From: Balamuthia mandrillaris
Taxonomy: Eukaryota
Assembly: GCA_031835245.2 (NCBI GenBank)
Contig: JAVKOQ020000068.1
Coordinates: 1 to 64,000 of the forward strand
DNA: 64,000 nucleotides
Reading direction: 5' to 3'
The notes below the pieces were generated by a model that saw nothing but the letters and a program-made list of their open reading frames with translations, had not been told where the DNA came from and made no database searches. Below are positions 1-12,100 of this stretch, piece after piece. Each line of letters opens with the position of its first letter. Positions within the stretch are counted from its first letter, which is position 1. The position numbers and the translations under genes are program-made.

Positions 1-287
1 CTCTTTTATTTCTAAGGTTGGATTCAACCAACACACTCATTGATGTCCAAAGGACTGAGAGGCTATGTGTTGTAAAGCACACTTGTACTTTGTTGGTTGC
101 CTGTAACTCGCAATCACCCTTAGTTATGCACATAACTCTCACTTATCCTTCAACGTGTTGTAGTTCTTGTGTAGGCATGGGATGAAAGCAAAATATAAAA
201 TGAGGGGAATGAAAAAGTTTTTGAGAAAAGATCAGATGGGCAAAGAGAAAATAAGATGGAACATGTGACTCCTTCTCCTCCTCCTCC

Positions 288-1811
288 TTAGACTTTAACC
301 CTCTTTGTGGCTTTTGGTTGTTCCAGAGCGTTAGTGTTGTTGTTGGATAATTGTTGTTGGGAGGTTTGTGCATCTCCTTCACCAGAGGTGGAGGAAACAG
401 ATTGGGCTCTGGCTCGCTTGAGGCCTTTCATCTTGCGCGTTTGAATGGATCCAAAATCCTGTCGTCCTTTGTGCACACGAATAAGCTTGCCATAAACATT
501 TGTTGAGACATTCTTCTCTTTGGTCGGTTTTGCCTCTTTTGGAACTTTCAGTGCTAAAATGTACAAACAACAACAAATAGAAAAAAAGCAAAGTGAGTTC
601 ATGAAAAATGTTGTTCCCGAGGAAAGATAGAAAGCAACCTTGCTTCATCAAATCACGTGATGCAAGCTTAGTTCTACGAACGGTAAAATCCATAGATGGT
701 CCTACTTCCACTAGTTCTACCCTTGGCAACTATTCCGTTATTTAAAGAGTAAGCTAAGGAGAAAAATGTTTGGAGAGATAGAGACAGTAAACCTTTGTTT
801 CTGTTCGTTTCAACACAATGGAGTAATGCCGGAAGTAAACCTTATTGTCTGCAGCAGTGCAGATGATGACGTGATCCAAACCGGCCAAGTTGACCATATC
901 ATAGACGGTCCCTCTGAAAAAGTCTTTTGACACAACATGAAGGTGAGTTCCAACAAACGAAAAAAAAAAAGGAAAAAAGAGGAAGACGAGAAGAACAAGA
1001 AGCAAAAGAATAACAAGGAGACAGGAAAAAAAAGTACCCAACAAAAGATTGCTTAGCGTTCTATACTCCTCTTTGAACTCAAAGTCGCTTCCTCTGAAAA
1101 TGAAGCATGGCTTGGAACCCATAGCCGCTTCATATTTGCTCTGTTGTGAAAGAATAGTATAAAGGATAAGAATAGTATAAAGGAAAAGGAATTGAAATAA
1201 GGACAGAGAGAGTGAGAGAAGGAGGGAGAGAGGGAGAGAGGGAGAGAGGGAGGAACGAAACAAAAATAAAGGGGGAAAACGAGAATGAAAAGAAATATGA
1301 AGAAAGAGAACAAAAGAAAGAATTAAAACCTGATGAAAGCTTTTCATGGATTTAAAGTTCTCAACTCCAAGCTCCACCATGTCAAGAATGTGGTGGTCAA
1401 AGAACCTTCCCAGGACAAGGTTGTGCGGACGCTTTTTGGAGTGACTGCCATAGGCAAAGAGACTGCAGTCGTTCTTTTGAGAAAAGAACTCAAAGGAGGT
1501 CTCATCCTCAAACGGCCTTACGGCGTTGTGTCGACTGAACTTCACTCCATTCGGTTTTTTGAGTAGCCACTTTTGATTGTTTGTTGAGTGTATGTGTGAG
1601 ACAGAGAGAGAGAATCGGGGAAACGAAAGTGTGGTGGTACCAAATCGTTGAGCAAATCAGTTATGATTTGGCTTGTTTTGGGGCCTTTGAGGAAGAGGGC
1701 CGATTTGACGTTCTCGTGGACTTTAGGCTCTCGCTTCTTCAAAGCGCGCTCGATCTGCTTTTTCTGTGTCTTTTTTTTGGTAGCAGCGATGGAAGCGCCC
1801 GACGAACTCAT
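288..1811 (-). CDS. RPF2: Ribosome production factor 2 (Brix domain), multi-exon
   Basis: Exon peptides LKKREPKVHENVKSALFLKG, RPFEDETSFEFFSQKNDCSLFAYGSHSKKRPHNLVLGR, PRVELVEVGPSMDFTVRR and GRQDFGSIQTRKMKGLK match RPF2. ATG at 1811, stop at 288-290. Confidence 0.93.
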
Positions 1812-2139
1812 GGCAGATTGATTAAGAGGCAGAACAGGCTGAACAGCTCCGGAGGGATTCGTTCCTTTTTTTTTAAAATATTTTTTATTCCTTTCTTTCT
1901 TCTTTCTCTCTTTTCGTTTCGTGTCGTCGCGGGAATACCGTTCATTATATTTCAAATTTTCAATAATTATCGAAAAATTAGGAAAAAATTATCGACTATA
2001 AAGACATTATCGAAATTTCGTGCTTGATGAATCTCTTCTCCTCTCTCCTCTCCTTCTTGCACTCTCATGTCTTCAAAAAAAAAAAAAAGAAAAAAGCTCA
2101 GATTTTTTGCCACACTCGGCTGCTGCTCGCCACAAACCC

Positions 2140-5100
2140 ATGCGCCTTCTTCTTCTTCGGCCAGCCAGGTGTTGCCAGGGGAGTGTCGCACCCCTTCTGC
2201 TGGTGGTGGTGGCTCTGGCAGCGAGTTTGGTGGGGGTGGTGGATGGGCAACGACCAACAGACCTCAACAACAAATGGAGAGGAAAGGAGGCAGTCCAACC
2301 GGAAGACATTCTTTTGTAACTTCTTCTTTTTTATTCTGTTGTTATGACCAAAGAGAACTAACATTCGTTCTTCATCTGATGCTTTTTATTTCGCGCAAAC
2401 TTTGTAGCAGCACAAAGGCACTCTCCTCAGAGCGGTGTTTTGTCGACGTGGATCTGATTTGGCAATCAAAGTTGGGGTCAGCCATCTATGCCTCTCCCTT
2501 GATACACGACCTTCAAAAGTATTGCCCTCCTCCTTGCTTCTTTGCTTCTTTGCTTCTATTCTCCCTTCATTCTTGCTGCTTGTTGCTTGCTTCTTCAATA
2601 ACCCTTTGCTCTTTTTAAGTGATGGAGAGCAAGAAATAGTGATAGCAACAGCCGATCACTACGTGGAAGTGATAAAGGGAGCAGATGGCACGAAAGCAGC
2701 AGGTGACCTCCTCTTCCTCTTCTCCACCTGTTTTCTTGTTCTTGTTCTTTTTCTGTTTTTCTGGTTCGGAACGGGTCTTCTCACCTTCTGTTCTTCCTTT
2801 TGCAGGCTTTCCTTTTGCCTTTGCCAAGTCTAACTTTCAAGCTAGCCCTCTTCTCTTTGATAGGAATGGAGGTACGTGAGAGAGAGAGCGAGAGAGAGAG
2901 TGAGAGAGAGAGAGCGAGAGAGAGAGAGAGAGAGAGAGGAAAGAGGAGAGAGGAGGAGAGAGTGAGGCGTTAACAAAGAGTAAGCATACAACAAAATAGA
3001 AATGAGGACAGAGGAAGAAAACAAGATATAACAAACAAAAAGAAGACATCTTTTCTCATTACGTTGTACAGATGGACAAGCAGAGATAGTGGTGACGACT
3101 AGCAACGCAGAAATAGTGTTCATTCGACAGAATGGCATCCCTGTTGCTGGGGAAACTCTGAAAGTGCCGGAGCTACGGGTAAGAAGGGACTGGTACCAGG
3201 GATTAGAAGGCAAGGACATGGCCGCCACATTCGCTTTGCACGGACAGTCGGCCAAGGAGTGGCAACCACCCTCTCCTTCTGGCGTGGCAACGCCCACCAA
3301 TACCGCTGGACGAAAGCTCCTGTTCAGGGAGCCGGAAGCAGAGGAGGATGAGGAACAATTTGTGGAGATGGGCAAAGATGCTATTTGGCAGGGAATGGAG
3401 GGTTGGCTGCCTCCTGAAGGAGTGGAAAGTCTTCAGGTATTCTCTTCATGCTTCTTCCATATGTTATTTTCCTCACCATTTATTCCTTTCATTGCCGTAC
3501 ACAAACAGCTGTTTTTGACAACAAATACACCGCGGTCGTATGTGGAGTCTGTGAGTTACGAGCGTGATCCGCTTTTTTCACCTCAGTATAACAAGCACCT
3601 AAAGCAGAGACAAGACGACCCGGCCTTCCTTTACGTTGATGCCCATATCTTGGCAACCCCTGTTATCGCTGATATCGATGGTGACGGTGCTCCAGAGCTC
3701 ATCGTATCTGTTTCTTACTTTTTTGATAGGTATGCAGTTAAGGAGTCCTTTTTACCTTTGTCTTTTGTATTATTAACTGAACATTTCATCCTCAATAGCG
3801 AGGAGTACAGCGATCCTCAGAAGTTAGCAACATTGGGAACTGATGTCAGCATTGCTAAGTATGTTGCCGGTGGCATTGTCGTCTTCGACTTACAAGCTCG
3901 TTCGATCAAGTGGGCAGTTCGTACGTTAATCACGATATTTTCTGTTGTTGTTTCTCATCTCACCGCTTTCTCACTCGCGTCTTGTCGTGATAGCATTGGA
4001 CTTAACCACCGATCACACTCTTTATAGAGCTCATATTTATGCTCCTCCTACTGTGGCTGATCTGGACGGGGATGGGAATTTGGACATTATAGTTGGTACC
4101 GCCGTTGGTTTTATTTATGTTATCAATCATAGGGGTTCGTTTTCGCTCTAACCGCTTTTCTCCTCTTGGTTCTCTCTTCGAAACTTGTCAACTAATCGAT
4201 ATTATATTTAGGAGAACTCAACTTTGATGGATTCCCCCAAATGATGGACTCTATTTATTCTCAGGTTGTGGTAGAAGATGTCAACGGAGATGGTCGTTTG
4301 GGTATGTAATCACAGTCTCAAACATATCAAAACCGAAAGAGTAACATTTTCGTTGGCTTCTTTTAATCGTGTTCTACAGAACTTATTGCCACAGATATAA
4401 ACTCTAACATTGCGTGCTTCGATACGTTTGGAACTGAACTGTGGGAGAATAGGTTCTTTGGCATTGCAAACCAGGTGCGTGTTCTTCTAACACAATTTAT
4501 GTTAAAACAGACTATTGCTTTATTCTAACTTTACTTTATATCTATCTCGATGCCAAATTGCCAATAGCCTCCTTCTTTGGCAGATGTTGATGGAAATGGG
4601 GTCTTGGATGTTGTTCTAACCTCTGATGCTGGCCAGATTTGGGCATTGTTCGTTCTTCCTTTGGATTCCTTTCGTTCTTATTTATTGTTCTGACACGCCT
4701 TTTCTTCCATTTCTTTTTATGTGCTTTCTGTTTCTTCCATTTCTCCTACAACCATTACAGTGCGGGAGATACGGGATCTCTCTTGCCCAATTTCCCGATA
4801 TTAGTGGAAGGAAGAACTTACGCCAAGCCTCTATTGCTGCCATTGACTTCTGGAGCTGGCAGCGCCCCTGAAAGAATGCATATCGTGGTCACTTCGAGCA
4901 ATGGCTACCTCTACATCATCGACGGGGTGTCGGGATGTGTCGATCATGTCGATCTCGGAGAATACTCGTACGTTTACGTTAAGAGGAAGAAAATAGACAA
5001 GAAGCTCCTCTATGAGTACTTACAGGAGGAACCACAATTGTAGGTATGGAATGGTGTTGGCTAATGACCTTACTGGAAATGGACGGCTGGAGTTGCTTGT

Positions 5101-5854
5101 CGCAGGAAAGAACGGAAACGTCTTTTGTCTGGGCATTTCTGCTACCTATCATCCGTTGAAGACATGGTTTCAACCACTTGCTCACTTATTGTTGTGCGTT
5201 GTGCACTAATCTTATGCTCCTTTTCTTTTTCAACAACAATAGGAACTCTGATACGCGGTCAATTGCTGCTTATGAGTGGCACGGAGTATACATCGATGAG
5301 CATGGCCATCGGGACGTCTCTGGAGATTCCTTCTTGCTTAACTTTGCCATCGTGGATAACCGCTTGCGTCGAGAACGCGCTGAGAACGTTCGCTACAAAG
5401 CTGATGTACGTCAGCCATCACCAATTCCTCTGCCTCTCTTCTCTTCTAATCTCTCTCGCTCTCTCTCCACAACAACAGTTCTATTTGAGAGGACAAAGGG
5501 TATTAAAGGCTGAGTATAGCGAGCCTGGAGAATACTCAGTGTGGCTTCCCTGCCCCAACTTTGTGCTGCATCACGCCTCCGTCTCTGTGGTGGTGACCAA
5601 CGAGTTGGGTCAAGTCATGGAAGACAGCATTGCCGTCAGCTGCAACGCCCACTTCACCAAAATGATGAAGGTTCGTTTTGTTTTAAAAGAGAGCAACCAT
5701 GAGCTTCAAACAAAACTAACTTGGTGTCTTAAAACAAAAAAAGTGGGTGATAGTTGTTCCTTTTGTTGTGAGTGCCGCAGTGTTGTTGCTCCTGCATGAA
5801 CTCAAGACGCCATTACCCATTCGCCAAACCAAGAGTTTGCGAGAGCAAAGCTAA
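2140..5854 (+). CDS. DEX1: DEX1-like FG-GAP/VCBS repeat type I membrane protein, multi-exon
   Basis: Signal peptide-like N-terminus; repeated Ca-binding motifs ([68 protein letters not shown]); [13 protein letters not shown]-terminal TM segment [17 protein letters not shown]; stop at 5852-5854. Confidence 0.85.
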
Positions 5855-6041
5855 CGTTGTTGTTTTCTTTTCTTTTTGAGTTAAAAAAATTGTAAAGAAC
5901 ATCCGCTAAGGTCAGAACAAACCAAGCTGGTCCTCGTGACCAAGGGCTGAAGCTTCCTGCAGCTCGCTCCCATTCTTTTTTGTTTGGTTCTTCATGGACA
6001 ACGAGCGAGGAGACGAGCCAAGATAAGAGAGATGTGGCCCG

Positions 6042-6065
6042 TTTCCCGCCAAAATTTTCCCGCCA
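6042..6065 (+). promoter_or_regulatory. Tandem E2F-type sites upstream of ASPM
   Basis: TTTCCCGCCAAA (6042-6053) and TTTCCCGCCA (6056-6065), about 100 nt before the proposed ATG; both fit TTTSSCGC. Confidence 0.6.
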
Positions 6066-6163
6066 TTTTTGTTGCTCCAAAGAAACGCCCCGTCTGCTTG
6101 TCGACAAGAGAGAGAGAGAAAGTGAGAGAAAGTGAGAGTGGCTTCCAAACCTCAAAGGAAGAG

Positions 6164-9100
6164 ATGGGTTCGTAACGTGGAGATCCAAATCCTTTTCTAC
6201 TTTCCGCCTTTAGCTTCTTTGCTTGTCGCTAAACTTTTCTTGTCTTTTTTTTTTCTTTGGGTTTATATAACAGAGGAGCTTGGGAAAGAAAATGTGAACC
6301 CAGAAACCCCCTCTGCGTTGATGGCTAGCATGGATCCTGCCTACATACCAACTCTTAAACCACAAAATCTTTTTTGCTCTTCTTCTTCTACCGCTGCCGA
6401 TCACCTCCAGGTGATCGACTTTGAGGACCACAATACCCAGCAAAATGCAACGGACGAGACACCCACTCTTGTGCTGAAGAAGTTTGCCGCGGTGCCATGG
6501 CTCCAGTTTGGCCAGGTGCGCGTCGGCGGCAAGAAGTCGCTCACCCTCAAGCTGGAAAACCCCACGGTGCTCACGCAAACGCTGGTCGCCGAGAAGCTGG
6601 CCACGGAGCAGGGCTTCACCGTGATGGAGGCCAGCAACAAGGAGAGCAGCCTGGTGGTGCCGCCACTCTCCGCGAAGGCCATCCGGGTGGACTGGTCGCC
6701 TGTGGAGTATGGCAACTGCAGGGCTGCCCTTCAGTTTCGGTGGGGACGCCATCACCTTAAAGTCATGCTCTACGGTTGTGCTGTGGAGAAGCTCACCAAG
6801 CGGGTAAGATGATAAAGGGAGTATATTTTTTGGGAGGAAGATGGCTAACAAAGACAATTTTTGTCTCTTCTCTGCTCTGCTTCTCGCTTCTATTTCGTGC
6901 AGCGTCTTCCTGCTCCGATATTCGTGACAAGCAATAACGGCACGCAATGCTTCACTCCGTTGGCCCAACAGTACAGCAACCATCAACAAATGGATGACAA
7001 CAATACTATTCAGCCTGTGAATAGCACATCCACCACTAAGACCAGACCGCAGTTGGCAACCCGGACGAAGAGCAAGGAGGGAAAGCCTGCGACTTCACTG
7101 TCAACGCGAACGCCGCTTCGTCCGGTGTCTTCCTCTGCTCAGAACTTGTTGGAAACTCCAATGAGCGAGGTAATTGTTTTGGTTTCTTCTTCTGCTTGTT
7201 CTTTTGTTTTTCTTTCCTCATTGGATCACTAGCAACTCATCTCCTTGTAGACGAAAGTCTTTCGCAAAACACAGACCAATAAGTTGAATACTGCGAGTCG
7301 GCCAACTCTTATCGCATCAAGCAAAGATAGAAGGAGCATCTCTGCTGCTGTCAATGTTCCGCCAGCTGCTAGCGTGACACGTCCCGACAAAGCTGCGAAG
7401 CGACTGAAACCTTCAATTAGCTCTGGTCCTTCCGCTTCTTCTTCATCATCTTCTGCCTCATCGTCCTCTTCTTCTAAGAAACCTGAGAGAGACCTTTCTC
7501 GCAGGAAAGAAAAACGTTTGGAGGTTGTGCAAAAACAACAAGCTACCAAACAAAAAGAAAAAGAAGCGTCAACGTCATCATCGACATCATCTGCTGCCAT
7601 TACTACAGTAGCCTCCAGTGGCGGTCTTGACAAACAGATGCGCACCCTCTGCAAATGGCTCAATTTCGTTCTGTCGCATTCGGCCACCCTCACTGAAGAG
7701 CGTAGAAGGACGTTGTGCCGACAGAGTGCTCGCTCCCTTTTCAACTCTACCGCTTCTAAGGCCATTAGAGCTGCCATCACAGAGGTTAATTCTTTTTAGG
7801 TTTGTTTGTTTGTTGTTGTTTCTAACTGTTTGATGAAAAGGTGGTAGAACGTGGAGAAATAAAGGTACAGCAAGAGAAAGACTTGTACCAAGATATGGGC
7901 ATCCGGCAGAGCATTCTAAACCTGTTGGGATGTTATAGCTCCGTGTGGCTACAACTGGCTTTCGAGGCTATGTTTGACACCACGTTTGCAAGCGATGACC
8001 TATCCAAGTTTATTTTGGAAGTGCGTTACCATTGCTTTTTATACTACAATTTTTATTTTCAGTTGTTGATGTTGCTTTCATCCTCTCAGCGATTTCTTGG
8101 AGGTTCAACACATGGCCCCACTTCAGAGGATACCAAAAGGAGGACCATTCTCCGTAACTTTATTTTACTGGTCTGGTTTTTGGATGCAGCCAAGACTCAA
8201 CGCCTCTTGCCTGGCGATCCTTGTCTCTTTTTGCCGGTTTGCTCTCCCGCTCTCTCTCTCTCTCTCTCTCTCTCTCCTGTTTATACTTGCTCTTTTTTAT
8301 TCTTCTCTCTTGTAGTTCTTTTTCAATTACAAGAAGTGTAACTCGTTCATATTCAATCAGGATTCAGCCATCAAAGATAGCAAGACAGTGCTACGTACGT
8401 TTTCGCAATATCTTAGCGGTGAAGGCGACGTCGTGAAGCATTTGTCGCATGTAGTGCCAGGCTATACCGTTGCCTACATTCAAGAAGCTATCGCAGAATA
8501 TCCATTCTTCCCTGTAAACGATGTATTCGAGGACGTTAGGGATGGTGCTCGTCTCTGCAAAGTGTTGGAATTTCTAACTGGCCAATCTTGTCTTTTGAAG
8601 GCACTTCTTCCTTCCCGCTATTCTTTGACGTTTTCTGTGCTCTTTTCTCACTTTGTCTTTTGCAGCAATTGCGTATGCCAGCTATATCACGTCTGCAAAA
8701 GATTTACAACGTGAAGCTTGCATTGACCTTTTGGGATGAGTGGAAGCTTTCATCACAAACTGCTACTAGCAACAATGCTTCAACTGCTGCATTGGCAAAG
8801 CACATCGTGGATGGCAAAGAGGTTCAGATACTGTACGTTTTGTGGGATATGATCATGAACTGCCACGTTCCTTCCTTGGTAGACGTGACCACCCTCCACA
8901 ACGAAACGATTCGCCTGGAAGCCATTCACAGACAACTTTCCCGTCTTCGAAGTAGAGCTGAAGATGGAACAAGGTCAATGAAGAAGATGGATGGTGAAGA
9001 AGAGAGCTTGGATGAAGATGATGCGACCATTCAATTCGTTGACAGTCCTCTTCTTGGTGCGTTACTGAGATGGTGTAAAGCCGTGTGCGCTCCGCATGGC

Positions 9101-12100
9101 GTGCGAGTACAAAATTTGAGCACGTCCTTCTCTGATGGACGTGTGCTCTGTCTCCTGCTCAGCCATTACGCGCCGCATCTTCTCCCAAGGCACAACATCC
9201 ACATGGTCACCACCCATTCTTCTTTCAAGCGCGCACATCAGAGCAACAAAGAAGAGAAGACTCCTTCAGCTCATCACGAGGTGTTACAGTTTAGTCCCAC
9301 GAATACGCTGTTGGTGGATTTGAAGGTGGCCCAACGAAACGAGAAGCACAACTTTCATTGCATCTACAAAGCCATCGAACAAATGGAAGGCGTCCCCTAT
9401 CTGAGTATGTTCTCTTTCATCTTTTTTAAATCTGTTTTCGCTTTCATTATGACTAACTATTGGTTATTTTCGTTTGTGTTAACACGGATCGTACAGTTCA
9501 ATATAAAGATATGTCACAAACAGTACCAGACGAGAAAGTGGTAGCCTTGTTCCTCGCACACATCGGCAAGTACGTCCTCAGCATTGAAAACGAGAATAGA
9601 GCTGCTCGCCGTATCCAACGCTTCTGGCGATCCTACTACCAACGAGTGGTGCTTGAACGCAAACGACAAGCTATTCGCACCATCCAACAAGCACTTCTTC
9701 CTCGTTTAATTCGCTTGAGAGAGCGCAAGACTGGTGCTTGCACCGTTTTGCAAGCTGCCGCCAGAAGATTAGCCGCTCGAAGAAGCTTTCTTATCTTTCA
9801 ACATTCTTCGTTGGTGTTGCAATCAGTTTACCGCATGACCGTTGAACGTCATCGTTTGCTGGAGATTCGTGACGCCTCCGTTCTGCTTCAATCCTACCAA
9901 CGAAGCAAGCAAGAGGTTCTCCACCTTCAAGACGTACGCGATGCGGCCGTCATCCTACAGTCAGCCTGGCGGGCTCAGCAAAGTCGCGTTTTGGCGAGCA
10001 GGATTCGAGCGGTGATTGTCCTTCAATCAGCGGCGAGACGACGAATGGAGATGCAACGAATACGAAGAACTCTCGCCGCCGCTCTTTGTTTACAAGCCAT
10101 CTATCAACGTAGACGATGCATGATTAGCTACAGAGAGAGCTGTGCTGCCGTTCGCCTGCAGAGCGTTGCTCGCATGTCTCAACTCTATGGATGCTTCCAG
10201 CAACAACGCTCTGCTACTCTTACAATTCAGACCATGGCAAGAAGAAGACTTGCCATCAAGCAAACGCAACGAATGAAGGCGGCGCTTCTCATGCAAGCTG
10301 TGTGGCGACAAAGAGCAGCCCGTAAAGACTATCAACAAACCTTCAAGGCTGCTCTGTGCTTGCAGGCCGTCTTTAGGAAGAAAGTGGAGGTGGAAGCTTT
10401 CCATGTTCTCCGCTCCGTGCTTGTGCTGCAGAGCACGGCTCGTTGTTGTCTGAAGAGAAAACGGTTCGAGACAAAGCAGCATGCCAGCATCACTCTTCAA
10501 GCCGCTTTCAGACAATATGCCCAGAGAAAGAGCTACCAACAAGAACTGGCGGTCATTTCTCTGCAAACCTTCTTCCGTCGCCGCCTTGCTCTTCAACAAT
10601 TCGTCATGGTGCGCACCGCTGCAGCGCAATTGCAAGCCTTTACTCGCCGAAGTCTCTGCGCCTCGCACTTTGCTGAAATGAACAGAGCAGCTCGTGTGAT
10701 GCAAGCGGTTGCTCGTATGAAACAGACTCGTGATGCCTACCAGAGGAACCAAGCGGCGACGAGCATCCAGTCCCAGTGGCGCTGCCATCAAGCCCGTCTT
10801 TCATATTCCGCGCAGAGACAAGCAACGATCGCCTTGCAGGCCGCGTGGAGAGGATACGAAGCACGTCAGAACTATGCCCGTCTTCGTGCCGCCGTTTGCA
10901 TCCAACGTCACAGCAGGAAGATCCTCTGTAGCTCTCAGTATCGTTCTCTCCTTAGAAACGCAACTGTGCTGCAATCTGCCGCAAGAATGTGGATTGCGAG
11001 GAAGCATCTTCAACAAAGCATCGCCGCTGCCACTTCTCTTCAATCCTATTGGCGTCGGCGCATGGCCATGCTTGCTTTTGCCAGGTTGAAGGCAGCTGTG
11101 AAGGTACAAGCATTTGCCCGAGCTTCTCACGATACCAAAGCCTACTCTCAGCAACGTGCAGCGGCCATAACGTTACAAGCTCACTTCCGAAGACGTGCAG
11201 AGATGCAACGATTGGACGAGAGACGTGCTGCCCTTCTCATTCGCAGTGTGGCTGAGTCGCACCTCGAGAGAGTTCGCTACTTGCATGTTCGCAGGGCCGC
11301 CATCGTTATTCAAGCCTTTGCTCGCATGAGACAGAATCAAGTCGCATTGCAAAGAGAACGAGCCGCCGTCACATTACAGGCCTACACCAAAGGATGGAGC
11401 ATCCGAAGACAGTATCGCGAGCACCGTGCTGCCACCATCGTTCTTCAATCAGCACATCGAGGACGATGCGCCCGCCAGACTTTGGTGCAAGAGAAGGCCG
11501 CTCTAGTAATTCAATCCGCAATTGGTCGCTTTTACTCTCGTCGGGACTATCTACAGAGAAGAGAAGCTGCCACAGTTATTACCAGCGCGATAAGGGCCAA
11601 AGAAGCGAGAATTCACTTTGTGGAGCTGCAAGCTGCTGTTAAGGTGCAGGCCGCCTTCCGTGCTTGCAATGCACGCCACCAACTGCTGCAACAGAAGCAA
11701 GCGGCGGTAGTGTTGCAGCGCGTTGCTCGTCAACGTTTGGCCGTCCTCAGCGCGAAGCGAACGCGAGCCGCCATCATACTGCAGTCCCACCTTAGACGAA
11801 GACAATGCCAACAACAGTTGTCCTCCTCCATCGAAGCGGCAACCTTCCTTCAGAGCAGCCATCGAGCCAAAGCACAGAGGCAGTTATACCATCACACGCT
11901 GGCTGCTCGTCGGCTCCAATCGCTCCAGCGATGTCGCTCTGCCTCTCACTCCTTCCAACAACAAAAACATGCGGCGACTGTCATTCAAGCATTCGTCCGA
12001 GCTCGCACCGCGATCGTGGAGCTCGCGAAAACCAAAGCGGCCGTTTGTATTCAGGCTCAAATGAGAACTCTCCAAGCACAACGACAGCATCACGCCGTTC

